A DNA stretch of 61,727 bases, the filler included, from an uncultured virus (IMG/VR IMGVR_UViG_2061766007_002345) (Duplodnaviria > Heunggongvirae > Uroviricota > Caudoviricetes). It is 7 parts of one record of this genome, joined end to end, with 100 filler letters (N's around TTAATTAATTAA, not from the genome) between each part and the next. Parts side by side here need not be neighbours in the genome. Positions count along the whole stretch, not along the records: positions 1 to 16,791 come from IMGVR_UViG_2061766007_002345; 6 more parts are not named here. One strand, given 5' to 3'. The notes beneath the pieces were generated by a model. That model ran no database searches and was not told where the DNA came from. It worked only from the letters and a program-made list of their open reading frames with translations. Made by a program: the position numbers and the translations under genes. This document shows positions 1-11,540 of this stretch, piece after piece (position 1 is the stretch's first letter; each line of letters begins with the position of its first letter).

Positions 1-128
1 CTTCTCATCATCTCTCCCATCATATGTGATAATGCAGTTTCTAAATCAATGTCTTTATATCTATTATTGATATTAGAATCTTTATTTATTTTAAGTTTCT
101 CTAATATATATTGATTAAGTTGTTTCAT
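1..128 (-). CDS. Leader-family protein (partial, runs off window), starts MKQLNQYILEKLKINKDS
   Basis: Manual translation of minus strand from ATG at 128; not in ORF track. Confidence 0.75.
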   Translation of the reverse strand, partial: MKQLNQYILEKLKINKDSNINNRYKDIDLETALSHMMGEMMR

Positions 129-130
129 AA

Positions 131-730
131 TTAATATTTTATATCAAATATATCATTTAATTCTTCTATAAGTTTATTCCATTGCTGCTGTGTAAATCTG
201 ATTTTACTTATAGCATCTTTGAAAATACCTCTCGAAAATTTCAATTTATCAATACCATTTACTAATTTTTTAAGTACTTCGTCAGTGCATTCATAATGAG
301 TAATTTTTTTACCCATCATATTATTGTAAGTAATAGGATCTTTTGATAAAGCAAATTCTTGTTTAAGCGTTCTATTTACATTAGAACTTACGCTTGGGCT
401 ATATTTACCATTATTATATCTGAATCTTAGACAAACCTCAACCGGTAAATGCTTATCTCTTTTTACAATAAATATATCAAGTCTTAAAGTAGGTTTTGAA
501 TCCTTATCAGCTTTAAAGAATAATGCATATTCCAAATGACTGTAATTAGTATTTTTATCATTGAATATTTTTGATTTTTCTAACCATTCATCATCACCTT
601 TACCGGATAAATCAAATCCTGCTTTTTCCCAAGCAGCATCTAATTCATCAACTATTGACTCTACTTCGTCAACCTGTGAATCTTTATTTACTTTAAGTTT
701 TTCAGTAATATATTCATTTAAATTCAACAT
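131..730 (-). CDS. Leader-family hypothetical protein (MLNLNEYITEKLKVNKDS)
   Basis: 199-aa ORF with shared N-terminal motif. Confidence 0.8.
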   Translation of the reverse strand: MLNLNEYITEKLKVNKDSQVDEVESIVDELDAAWEKAGFDLSGKGDDEWLEKSKIFNDKNTNYSHLEYALFFKADKDSKPTLRLDIFIVKRDKHLPVEVCLRFRYNNGKYSPSVSSNVNRTLKQEFALSKDPITYNNMMGKKITHYECTDEVLKKLVNGIDKLKFSRGIFKDAISKIRFTQQQWNKLIEELNDIFDIKY

Positions 731-1130
731 AAACTTTTACCCTGTAAAATTAATTTATATTCCCTTTCAACATTTTCTTTTGAATCAGATGAATGCATGG
801 CATTTTTCATATCATCCTTACCCCATGTCTTTCTTACTTTATTCTTAAGTTTTTCTAAATCTTTAATAGGATCTTTACAGTCTTTATATANNNNNNNNNN
901 NNNNNNNNNNNNNNNNNNNNNNNNNNNNNNNNNNNNNNNNNNNNNNNNATATATAATTCCTGTGCTTCAGGAAGAGATAAAGTTTTCTTTGTCTTCTGAA
1001 CGATCTGCCAATTATTGTTTTTCAATAATTCATCAAATTCAAATTCATGTTCAAGGAATTCTGGTTTAAGAATACAAAACCCGTTAACTTCACCGAGTGC
1101 TTCTTTAATGTATTGTATTAATGATTTCAT
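724..1130 (-). CDS. ndk: Nucleoside diphosphate kinase with N-terminal leader MKSLIQYIKE
   Basis: N-part FCILKPE...LSLPEAQELY; after the N gap another frame reads ...RKTWGKDDMKNAMHSSDSKENVERE...*, matching the NDK catalytic NxxHxSDS motif. Confidence 0.85.
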
Positions 1131-1131
1131 A

Positions 1132-1434
1132 TTATTTATTAACTATTGTTTTTAATATAAATTCTGCTATCTGATCACATACCTTATCTTCTGAATCTTT
1201 CTTTAAAAATTCATCATCATTAGGCTGGTATGCTAGATATTCCTTAGGATATTCATCAGCCAAACAATCTGAGAATTTTTTAAGTCTTCCTTCTACATCA
1301 CAAAATGTATTAATCATAGATTTAATGTCTTCTTTAGAGATATTCTTGGCCCCTTTAAACATACTTAAACCTATTCTGCACCATAATGGATGCATATTTT
1401 CATTTTCTAAAATATATTGTATTAACTGTTTCAT
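1132..1434 (-). CDS. Leader-family hypothetical protein (MKQLIQYILE)
   Basis: 100-aa ORF. Confidence 0.75.
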   Translation of the reverse strand: MKQLIQYILENENMHPLWCRIGLSMFKGAKNISKEDIKSMINTFCDVEGRLKKFSDCLADEYPKEYLAYQPNDDEFLKKDSEDKVCDQIAEFILKTIVNK

Positions 1435-1435
1435 A

Positions 1436-1830
1436 TTATTTTCTATTAATAATTATTGGTTTATATCCATGATCAAAATCATTAAATTGANNNNNNNNNN
1501 NNNNNNNNNNNNTTATCATTAAACCATATATATATTCCACCACCTAAATATAAATTATTTGTATATTCCGGGTCTTTATAATTTTCATAATTTATAAAAT
1601 CAAAATTTGTTGTGGCACCCCATATTTGTTTATGTTCTGGTAAACAATATATATTAAATTTAGCATTTTTAAAACTTGTNNNNNNNNNNNNNNNNNNNNN
1701 NNNNNNNNNNNNNNNNNNNNNNNNNNNNNNNNNNNNNNNNNNACATTTCCTTACCTGAAATATATTCATTTGACTTAACCTCTTTATTTATTTTAAGTTT
1801 TTCAATTATATAATCATTTATTGTTTTCAT
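1436..1830 (-). CDS. Leader-family hypothetical protein (MKTINDYIIEKLKINKE), gapped
   Basis: Manual translation from ATG at 1830; continues through gaps into ORF-track frame 1482-1769. Confidence 0.65.
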
Positions 1831-1895
1831 CTTTTAAAATTCTATATATTAGTGTTTTATTATTTATAACAGGCGTCGGATTTACTTCATATTGT

Positions 1896-2180
1896 TCAAT
1901 TANNNNNNNNNNNNNNNNNNNNNNNNNNNNNNNNNNNNNCATATAAATATTTCCAAGCTCGTTTTAATATTGTTTCAGATATTTCACATTTGAAATGTAC
2001 TGTAAATAAATCTCCAGAAGCAAGTCTTACATAAAAATCTTTACTATGCCATTCTTGTAATCCTAATACACAAACAGTAAGATTTTTTAATATTTTAAAT
2101 CTATCTTGAACTGTTTTAATTGATCCAGAATCTTTATCTATTTTAAGTTTTTCAATTATATATGAATTTAATGATTTCAT
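1896..2180 (-). CDS. Leader-family hypothetical protein (MKSLNSYIIEKLKIDKDS); 3' end uncertain
   Basis: ORF track plus motif. Confidence 0.7.
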   Translation of the reverse strand: MKSLNSYIIEKLKIDKDSGSIKTVQDRFKILKNLTVCVLGLQEWHSKDFYVRLASGDLFTVHFKCEISETILKRAWKYLYXXXXXXXXXXXXXN

Positions 2181-2533
2181 TATACTAAACTTTCAAGTTT
2201 CTCTAATAATTTTTTAATTTTTGTATGATGAGAATAATCATAATTATCACATATTTCTTTAACCTTTTTATAAGTATATGAATTATTGCCATCAAGTGCA
2301 TATGCTGTTACATAATTATCAAATGGTGAATATATAGTCAATCCATAATCATTCTTTGACATTGGATATAATCCTAAATCAATAACTGCACATTGTAACT
2401 CTTTTAAAGTCTGGCCGAACGGAGATTGCATTCGTTTATCCCATTCTTTCATTTCCTTATCAAGTTCAGATTCATATTCTGAATCTTTATCAATTTTAAG
2501 TTTTTCAACTATATATGTATTAAGTTGTTTCAT
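2180..2533 (-). CDS. Leader-family hypothetical protein (MKQLNTYIVEKLKIDKDS)
   Basis: 117-aa ORF with start/stop coupling to next gene. Confidence 0.8.
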   Translation of the reverse strand: MKQLNTYIVEKLKIDKDSEYESELDKEMKEWDKRMQSPFGQTLKELQCAVIDLGLYPMSKNDYGLTIYSPFDNYVTAYALDGNNSYTYKKVKEICDNYDYSHHTKIKKLLEKLESLV

Positions 2534-3238
2534 ATTAATTCCAAATCATCTACTTTTATATGTCCGCCTTCATAATCTCTCATAAATTGTACTATTGTAT
2601 CATATTTAGCTGGTATTTTAAATACATCATAATCACGTTTGAATTCATCATTATCTGCTTCTACTTTTGGTAAAATCCAACCAGCTGTTTCATCATATCC
2701 TGATACAACATATGTTTCGCCATATTTATCNNNNNNNNNNNNNNNNNNNNNNNNNNNNNNNNNNNNNNNNNNNNNNNNNNNNNNNNNNNNNNNNNNNNNN
2801 NNNNNNNNNNNNNNNNNNNNNNNNNNNNNNNNNNNNNNNNNNNNNNNNNNNNNNNNNNNNNNNNNNNNNNNNNNNNNNNNNNNNNNNNNNNNNNNNNNNN
2901 NNNNNNNNNNNNNNNNNNNNNNNNNNNNNNNNNNNNNNNNNNNNNNNNNNNNNNNNNNNNNNNNNNNNNNNNNNNNNNNNNNNNNNNNNNNNNNNNNNNN
3001 NNNNNNNNNNNNNNNNNNNNNNNNNNNNNNNNNNNNNNNNNNNNNNNNNNNNNNNNNNNNNNNNNNNNNNNNNNNNNNNNNNNNNNNNNNNNNNNNNNNN
3101 NNNNNNNNNNNNNNNNNNNNNNNNNNNNNNNNNNNNNNNNNNNNNNNNNNNNNNNNNNNNNNNNNNNNNNNNNNNNNNNNNNNNNNNNNNNNNNNNNNNN
3201 NNNNNNNNNNNNNNNNNNNNNNNNNNNNNNNNNNNNNN

Positions 3239-3513
3239 AATATATTTATTCTTTTTATAATCATAATTAAGATCATGATATCTGTTACTTAATGCAAGTA
3301 CACTGGAAGCATATATCTTTATATTCTTTTCATTGATATGATATCTATATAAATCATTTTCAATTTCTTTTTTATAAATATTCATATCTTTATCATCAAA
3401 TCCGCATAAATCAACAATATCTTGTAAGAATTCTTTATTAANNNNNNNNNNNNNNNNNNNNNNNNNNNNNNNNNTTTTAACTTCTCTATTATATAATTAT
3501 TTATATCTTTCAT
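3239..3513 (-). CDS. Leader-family hypothetical protein (MKDINNYIIEKLK), partial
   Basis: Manual translation from ATG at 3513; runs into N gap. Confidence 0.65.
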
Positions 3514-4046
3514 TAATCTTTCTTTACAAATATTCTTTCTACCATACCAGCATCTTTATCTAATACATCACACCATATTAATGTATCTTCATCTGTAAAC
3601 ATATAAATAGAGTTATCATTATACTGAGGATTTATATGTACTTTATGTTTATTGAATAACTGCTGTGTAGCTGTCATTTTATCCATTATCTGTTTAACAA
3701 GTTTAGGAGTATCCTTAAACATTTCTACAACATATCTGTTACTTTCAGCTGATTCTAATACGAAATGATCAGCATATGCATCAAAATCAGTAACATGATT
3801 AACATGTACCCAGTTATCTATAACAACTATATATGCATTAGAAGCATCTTTTGTAGGATCTAAATGTGTTTCTGTAAACTTACCATCAAACTCAAATTTT
3901 GAAGGATCATCATCATCTTCCTTTCCTGCGGCAGCCCAACCACACATAAAAGCTATCTTATCAGCAACTTTTCTTAAATCCTGATTTATATTAGAATCCT
4001 TATTGATTTTAAGTTTCTCAGTTATATATGTTGTTAATTCTTTCAT
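3513..4046 (-). CDS. Leader-family hypothetical protein (MKELTTYITEKLKINKDS)
   Basis: 177-aa ORF. Confidence 0.8.
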   Translation of the reverse strand: MKELTTYITEKLKINKDSNINQDLRKVADKIAFMCGWAAAGKEDDDDPSKFEFDGKFTETHLDPTKDASNAYIVVIDNWVHVNHVTDFDAYADHFVLESAESNRYVVEMFKDTPKLVKQIMDKMTATQQLFNKHKVHINPQYNDNSIYMFTDEDTLIWCDVLDKDAGMVERIFVKKD

Positions 4047-4719
4047 TATATATTAAATTCTNNNNNNNNNNNNNNNNNNNNNNNNNNNNNNNNNNNTTTA
4101 ATCTGAAATTATAATAAGTATATCCTAAAAATGAAAACTCAGCATCAACTTTTTTACCATTATATATAATTTCAAATGGTATTGAAATGATACCATTTCT
4201 TTTATGGTTTATATCTTTTGCAGCATCAGAATAATTATTCCAATCATCATATTTTAAAGATGTTGCATAATTATCTTTAGGAAGTATTTTATCTAGTATA
4301 TCTGAAATTCCATTATTGAAATAATCAATTACCTTATCATGTACTTCAACTTTTGTATCTTTCTGTAAATCATATTGTAAAAATATATCTTCTTTATCAG
4401 CACCTAAATCTATTGCATTATCAATAAGATCTTTACCGAAATTACCAGGCCATGAACAAATAGTATCTTTAAAAATATATGGAGTTGAACCAGTTTTTAA
4501 CATAGTTGCAATCCATAATCTAATTGATTTATCCCTGTCTGAACATTGTTCAGCTAAGTCTTGAAAGCCTGTACTAAAATTATCTTTATTACAATATTTT
4601 AATATATTATCTACTTCTTTATAATCTGATTCTTTAGGTACATTACAATTCCTTATAGGAGTTTTTGAATCCTTATTAATATGTAATTTCTCAGATATAT
4701 ATGTTGTGATATTCTTCAT
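4018..4719 (-). CDS. Leader-family hypothetical protein (MKNITTYISEKLHINKDS); true stop probably near 4046
   Basis: ORF track plus motif; gap near 3' end. Confidence 0.75.
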   Translation of the reverse strand: MKNITTYISEKLHINKDSKTPIRNCNVPKESDYKEVDNILKYCNKDNFSTGFQDLAEQCSDRDKSIRLWIATMLKTGSTPYIFKDTICSWPGNFGKDLIDNAIDLGADKEDIFLQYDLQKDTKVEVHDKVIDYFNNGISDILDKILPKDNYATSLKYDDWNNYSDAAKDINHKRNGIISIPFEIIYNGKKVDAEFSFLGYTYYNFRLXXXXXXXXXXXXXNLIYNERINNIYN

Positions 4720-4735
4720 ATATAAAAATAATTTA

Positions 4736-6363
4736 TTAAAGTGTGCTCAATCCAGACATATCTACAATTTTTCTAGCTGTATCATTAACTAATAAATGAT
4801 TATTTGTTGGATACATCTGAAGAATTTCGCTTACACTGTCTACATAAATATCATAAACTTTAATATTAGTTATATTGCCATAGAATGATCCTAAAATAAT
4901 TTCTGATTTATTCTCTACAGTCATTTCAATATCATATTTAGATACTTTCTTTATACCATTATCTATATCAAACCAATAATGATGATTCTGTAATTTATAA
5001 AGAGGAATATCCGCATGTATATATTTAGCTGCAAAGAATTCTACGACATTTAATTCTTTACTGAATCTAAGATATACAAAATAATTATTATTAGGTTCTA
5101 ATTCTAATTTAAAGTTAGAAATATTAACCAATGTTANNNNNNNNNNNNNNNNNNNNNNNNNNNNNNNNNGATTTTTAATAAGTCACCTGAATAAATACTT
5201 GCTCCGGGATTTATAATAAATGAGAATGTACCAGAGTCTCCGCAATATGTTCTTTGATAAACAATATTACCTTTATTAACTCCATTAAATGAATATACAT
5301 CATCAGCAATCATAGTACCCTTGAAATACATAAGACCTTGCTTAAAGTCTATTGAATTCATAGTTATATATTTTCTGGTTGCATCAGATTCAAATACAGG
5401 ATAAAGATTATCTGCTTCATATTTGGGCGTTTCTAAGAATTCTTCTGAAGATCCCATTTTATCTTCATTTTCATCACCGAATAAATCTTCATATTTATTC
5501 TTGACAAAACTATTAACAATTGATTCAGTATCTTTAAGATCAACAGAATCCTTTTCCTGATATTTAACCAATGTAACTTTAAATGTAGTAGCATTCCACA
5601 TGAAAGCATCTTTCTTTTCTTCATATGCTTCATTTACCATCCACATTCTTTTCATCATTGGTATATAAACAAGGTCGCCTTCCATTGGTTGAGCAGTATT
5701 ACCAAAAGCTGTTGCAAACATACCTTTTGATATTTCAGTTTCCCAGTCTGTTTGCCAATCTAATCCCCAGTCATTAAATTCTGGTTTAGAACTAGGCATC
5801 TGATTTTCCGCAATGATAATCTTAATCTGTTTAACTGCTTCAACATCCATTAAAGCATATTCTTTAAATGTTATATCTTTACTACCGGTATTAGGCGCAA
5901 GTTTAAAATAATAACAAGGAATACCGACTACACAAGCTACAGTTTCTGTTAACTGCTGTTGGAGAGCAATAGCACAATCCATATTAATATATGGATTATA
6001 AAGATTCTTTGATATTGTATTTGTACTTGAGCAATATGCAAAAGTAAATCCGGATTCTAAACTAGTAGTATAATCATAAAAAGGATTACCATCTACTAAA
6101 ATACCATTAACTACACCATTTACTTTTGCTTTAATATAATAATCACTGTTAATATCAACTGTATTAGCCAATATATCATTATAACTCATAAAACAGGACC
6201 AGCATGCAGAATCTAAACTGTATGCAAATTCAAGTGTAGTTAAATCATAAGGATTATTACAAGAATCAAGTATTTGAATCTTGTTAATATCATTAAAAGC
6301 AAAATTAATATTTACTATTTGTGTAGGAGCGCAATTTCCTAAGCAATAATTATTGAAATCCAT
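4736..6363 (-). CDS. Neck/head-completion protein, T4 gp14-like, with N- and C-terminal extensions (ORFs 5134-6363 and 4736-5131 probably one gene split by a gap)
   Basis: PMEGDLVYIPMMKRMWMV resembles the gp14 PxEGDLIYFP motif; CYYFK...DITFKEY segment. Confidence 0.6.
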
Positions 6364-6366
6364 ATA

Positions 6367-7500
6367 TTAAAATTTTATAATATCATCTAAATTTACTTCT
6401 TTAGCAGGTGTACCATTTACATATTGAGCAAGTAACCAGGTAATTAAAAGTTGTGAAACAAAACCATTCTTAGCAACATAGTTTGGCCCGCTGATTGCTC
6501 TATACATTACTTCCAAACGTTGTTTCTTTAATTCAGCCCATTGCCTCATAGGTTCAAATGCTTTTTTAATACCAGGCGCTGATTTAAATAAATAACAGGC
6601 ATATAATAATTTATGATCGTCATCATCAGGATCTCTGCTTCCTTGAGGTTCTCCATCATACATTATATAATCAGCACATTTCTTATCATCACCATTACCT
6701 TTACCCATATTCTGAATATGTGAATCTAAGAATTTAAGCCACCATTCATTATCTAATTGGAATAAACAACCTGTACCACCTTCCTGTTGAGGTTTATATT
6801 GAGATTCTACATTAGAAATTCTACCAGTTACTAAGTTATTAAAATCAACTGTCTTAGTACCTTTCTTCCATGCATACATAGTTAATGATTTATTCTGCAA
6901 TCCGAATCTCTCAATCATTTTCTTTTTACTGGTCCAGAATGTAAGACCAAATAATCCTTCACCGCATCCAGTCCAACCATCGGTACCTCTATTAGTACTT
7001 TGACCTCTTTGTTCTTCGATATTAAATTTCTGAGGTGTCCATGCACATTCAATATAAGCTGCGCCGGCTAACATATATGCTGCCTGGTTAGGATAACCAA
7101 GGTCTAATAATATTTCATAGAATTCCTTACCTTTTTCAAATATATCCTCTTTTCTTATAAAGGTATCATTATATCTGTCATAAGTTTCTTTATCCGGAAT
7201 TTGATTACGAATATAATCGATAAGATCTGGCGGAATAATAAATGGCCCTGTAGGTCTTGAAAATGCAGCTATAGTAGCACCGACGGAGAAATTACTATCA
7301 TTGCTTCTTGGTTTAGTAATAATTTTATTAACATATTTAAGTTTATCTGTTAATACTAAACTTTTATCTAAAGCATCTAATCCGAATACAGATAATTCTG
7401 AAGACAACAGATTTAAAGCCATACTTTTATAAGCTTTAACAATATCATCTTCATAACGGTCTGTTAACCATTCGACATTTATGATTTTCTCTTCTGCCAT
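6367..7500 (-). CDS. Virion protein with phage tail-lysozyme-like domain
   Basis: LGYPNQAAYMLAGAAYIEC...GEGLFGLT resembles Phage_lysozyme2 (AAGIxGN..ES / GxGLxQWT). Confidence 0.5.
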   Translation of the reverse strand: MAEEKIINVEWLTDRYEDDIVKAYKSMALNLLSSELSVFGLDALDKSLVLTDKLKYVNKIITKPRSNDSNFSVGATIAAFSRPTGPFIIPPDLIDYIRNQIPDKETYDRYNDTFIRKEDIFEKGKEFYEILLDLGYPNQAAYMLAGAAYIECAWTPQKFNIEEQRGQSTNRGTDGWTGCGEGLFGLTFWTSKKKMIERFGLQNKSLTMYAWKKGTKTVDFNNLVTGRISNVESQYKPQQEGGTGCLFQLDNEWWLKFLDSHIQNMGKGNGDDKKCADYIMYDGEPQGSRDPDDDDHKLLYACYLFKSAPGIKKAFEPMRQWAELKKQRLEVMYRAISGPNYVAKNGFVSQLLITWLLAQYVNGTPAKEVNLDDIIKF

Positions 7501-7515
7501 ATATATAAAAATAAA

Positions 7516-7540
7516 AAATCACGGTATAATGCCGTGATTT
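7516..7540 (-). terminator. Intrinsic terminator hairpin
   Basis: AAATCACGG-N7-CCGTGATTT inverted repeat followed on minus strand by T run. Confidence 0.7.
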
Positions 7541-7560
7541 CTATATATATTATTTTAGAA

Positions 7561-8403
7561 TTAATCTTCAAATTTTGATCTATCAATTAATGTACTGATT
7601 ATTTGTACTGAATGATTTNNNNNNNNNNNNNNNNNNNNNNNNNNNNNTGGATCTTTATAATGAAGTGTTAAGAAACCAAGAGGACCATTAAGACCTTCAA
7701 GAACAACAAATGCACCAAAGTTAGCATCAACAACTCTAAGTTTTGCGGCAAAATATCTATCTTGTTTTTCTACTTCATCAGTTGAACCAATCCATGTTCC
7801 TTTTTTATAATTAAGGGCAACAAAAGGTAATTTAGCTAAATTGAAATTCTTAAACTCATCCTGTGCAAAATTTACATCTTTACTAATCTGTTCATATGCC
7901 ATATCTCCATAAATAAATGGGAAACCAGAAGCATTATTTGTACCATTATGTAATTCAACAATAGCAGCACGGTCAGCTTCAAGTTTTATAAGTAAACTTT
8001 TTAGTTCACTATCAATAAGAGCACTATTATCAAGTCTCTTTATTGACATTTCAGCATGATCCTTTCTTACTTCTTCAGCTTTACGTGTCATTGCTTCTTC
8101 ATATTCACCGATTCGTTGTTCTTTTCCTAAAGCTCTATCTTCACGTTGTACACTTTTAGATAACTGATAAAAACCAGCAATCGAACAGAATAATGCAAAT
8201 ACTACCCATAAACCATCTAATTTAAATGTACCAAAAAATTCTCCAGGGTTAGTAATACAAGTTGGATTAGTAATAATAAATATTGAAATAAAAATAAGAA
8301 GAACCATTCCAATATTCTTCATAAAATAACCAAAGCCCTTAGTTGTTTTCTTTTCTAAGTTCTCCTTAAACTTATCAACATCATTTATATTCATTTTATT
8401 CAA
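7561..8403 (-). CDS. Membrane protein with two N-terminal TM helices and a GAF-like soluble domain; candidate T4 gpT-like holin
   Basis: Hydrophobic segments IGMVLLIFISIFII and LWVVFALFCSIAGF; ADRAAIVELHNG-type C-domain. Confidence 0.4.
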   Translation of the reverse strand: MNKMNINDVDKFKENLEKKTTKGFGYFMKNIGMVLLIFISIFIITNPTCITNPGEFFGTFKLDGLWVVFALFCSIAGFYQLSKSVQREDRALGKEQRIGEYEEAMTRKAEEVRKDHAEMSIKRLDNSALIDSELKSLLIKLEADRAAIVELHNGTNNASGFPFIYGDMAYEQISKDVNFAQDEFKNFNLAKLPFVALNYKKGTWIGSTDEVEKQDRYFAAKLRVVDANFGAFVVLEGLNGPLGFLTLHYKDPXXXXXXXXXXNHSVQIISTLIDRSKFED

Positions 8404-8430
8404 TTTAAGCTAAATTTTGCATAAAACTTT

Positions 8431-9400
8431 TCACATANNNNNNNNNNCTACATCTATTGTGGGGCCTCCTACTGGATTAACCATATAAGTTTCTCCCTCA
8501 TTTTTATATATTTCATTTACGGGATACTGTGTACATAACTTATAAGTTTCTTGATACTCATCACTATCTACTAAACGTAAATAATTATTTACAGAATCTC
8601 TTGTCTGAATATTATAAACAATATTCTTAAATTCTACGTCATTATGTAGAATATCCCAGATTTTTTCAAACAACTCATCATATGTACCATTATTTGTAAT
8701 GATATAATCCCATCTATCTTCTTCATCAAGATCATGCTCAGCTACATTATCAAGTTGCTGTACATCATCTCTTTGAATTGAAATAGTTATACCGTTATTC
8801 TTATGGATATAATCTATTTCATGATTAAATCTGATATCTGTTAAAAGTACATATTTAAGTAATGGGTTTTTCTGGTTATTACTGTTTATTAAATTATGTA
8901 CAATATTAACAAAAATATTCTTATTTAAATCTTGCTGTAATACATATGTACCCACATAAACAAGAATCTCTCTAAGGCTCATCCAATATGGATCATTTGA
9001 TGACTTATATACAGCAATATTATTATAATAATCTTCAGCTGTTACAAGTAGACTTTCAATAGGTCTTACTTCTGTATATTGAAAATCTTTATTAATACAT
9101 ACCCATGCATTAGATTTATTCTGATAAAATCTTTCAACCGGAATACCAAATATATCAGAACAGATTTTCTTTAACTGATCTGCAAATGCTATACAATAAA
9201 CTGGTAAATTTTCTTCTTTTGTATTAAATGTAGCTGAAATAGTTGGGGATGTATATACACTTTGGTAATATTTTTTACAATCTTCTAAACATGACCAATT
9301 ATAATTTAATATTGTTTTGATCATTTTNNNNNNNNNNNNNNNNNNNNNNNNNNNNNCCAGCAAATCCATTTAATCCAATATACAATAAATTATTAGACAT
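8431..9400 (-). CDS. Deoxynucleoside monophosphate kinase (T4 gp1-like)
   Basis: Start MSNNLLYIGLNGFAG (P-loop entry, rest masked), AFADQLK, LREILVYVGT, TDIRFNHE, NNGT motifs. Confidence 0.8.
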
Positions 9401-9446
9401 TTAAATACTTCTAGAAATATTTTTACTACTATTAAAATAGAAATTT

Positions 9447-11450
9447 CTATAGTATAAATTCATTATTATTTCTTCTTAGAAGCAGGAGCAATATTACNNN
9501 NNNNNNNNNNGACCATGCAGTTTTATACATAAGATCATTAATATTAAGATGTCTGTTACCACCTTTCTTAACAAGCTTATCCATTTCAGTTCTACCAAGA
9601 GGAATACCAAGTCCGCTTCTACCCATAGTATACATTTTACCAATTTCAACCATATCTCTTGGCTTAGCATGTTTTAATGTAACAGATACTTTAATACCTG
9701 TTGGGAAATCATCAATTCCTAACGGTCCATACTGATTGAATGAAGTACTTTCAATAATCATATTACCCATACTCATTATAGGATTTCTAGGATTACCGAT
9801 TGTTACATGCCAAAGTCCGGTTGGATTACCTGTTAATATAGAATCCGTTGCATAAATAGCCGGTCTGCCTAATTTATTTTTAAGCATACCCTTAAGCATT
9901 TCATTAACATTACCTTCTTTAATAAATGTAGCTAATTTTTGCTTTGCTTCTTCACGCTTCTTTGCACCTTCTTCACCATTACCACCCATTAAAGATATTG
10001 CAGTATTACCTGCTTCTTTAAGTAATGATGCAGCACCATTAGCAAGGGATCCAAGCAAGTCACCGATATTTAAGTCACCTTTAAGAAGCATATTAAATGT
10101 ATCATCTAACTTTTCAAAAGAATGATTCATAAAAGCTTCTGCTGTCTGCCAACCTTTCTTATTACCAGGAGCACCCATAAACCATACTTGTCCTCCCCAG
10201 AATTTACCTTGGCGATAAGTAACTTGATAAATATTATTCATCAAATCAAGGAATGCAGTTCTAGGATTAATATTTTCATATGCCCTTAATTCATAATCGA
10301 ATGTTAATGTAAATGACTGTGAGAATTCAAGCTCACCATTATATAATGTAGTTTTACGTACGGTTCCTGCTGGTTCATATACTCTATTATTATCATATCT
10401 TGCTAATGTACCTTCTGCATCACCGGACATAGTACCGCTCGCGCTGAAAATAGGAATAGCACCCGCAAATTTCTGTAATACTAAGTTACCGGCACCAGAT
10501 ACACCAGTACCGACTGATTTTCTATATGCAGGATTAGCAAGATTAACAACAGAACCTAATATACCTCCTTCAGGTCTATCTTCTTTTGATTGAACATCTT
10601 GGAAGTGAGCTTCCTTTTCAGTNNNNNNNNNNNNNNNNNNNNNNNNNNNNNNNNNNNNNATTATCATCAAGCCATGTAACTAATCTACCTGTATCTGGCG
10701 GTATATCAACAGTCATTGCACTGTCACCTTTATTTACATCCCAAATATCATCACCGATTGGAGTAGGGAATCTACGCAAAGTAATTAATCTGTTATTAGC
10801 AACTTTACCAAGATTTTTACAATACATGAAGTCAGCATATTTATACATACATCTTCCCATCTTTCCTTCATTAGATAATTTAACTAATGTAGAAATAGAA
10901 CAGTCAGATAAATCTTCATTATATTGATAATTTCCAAGATCAGAATTATATAAAGTTATATCATTAAAATTATTTAATGGAGTATTACCTGTTATACCGA
11001 CTATATTAATTCCATAAAGAGGATTAAACATAGATGGAACAGCTCTGAAATTTAATGTTTGATAAGTAATCTTTCTTTGATCATCCGGTACACCTTTATT
11101 ACCTTCTTCAAGCATACCATAATCAAGAACTACTTCAGCATAATCATCATAAATAAACTTATAGTTCTTAGTTATTTCCTTTAATATACTTGCAGGTATC
11201 TTAAAGTCATTTTCATAATAGAAATCATCTTTCTTATATGGAATAGGGGTTGTTGAAAAATCAGTATANNNNNNNNNNNNNNNNNNNNNNNNNNNNNNNC
11301 AGCTTGTGTAAATGATACGAAATTTATATTGTTTTTATATATATTAGTATACTTATAATTACCAGAATATTCATCAACGGCATTTTTATTTTTACCGCTT
11401 CTTTCCCATCCTTGTTTAAAAGCATTACCTATTGACGCTAATACAGCCAT
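9447..11450 (-). CDS. Large putative virion (baseplate/tail-associated) protein, fragmented by gaps
   Basis: Consecutive ORF pieces 11181-11450, 10618-11115 and 9447-10670; Gly-rich; structural-gene context. Confidence 0.45.
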
Positions 11451-11540
11451 GTAAAGNNNNNNNNNNNNNNNNNNNNNNNNNNNNNNNNNNNNNNNNNNNN
11501 NNNNNNNNNNNNNNNNNNNNNNNNNNNNNNNNNNNNNNNN

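Noticed and set aside
2639..3385. ORF-track entries made mostly of X (also 15175, 26878, 36173, 42676, 50994, 56514)
   Set aside because: Artefacts of translating through N runs.
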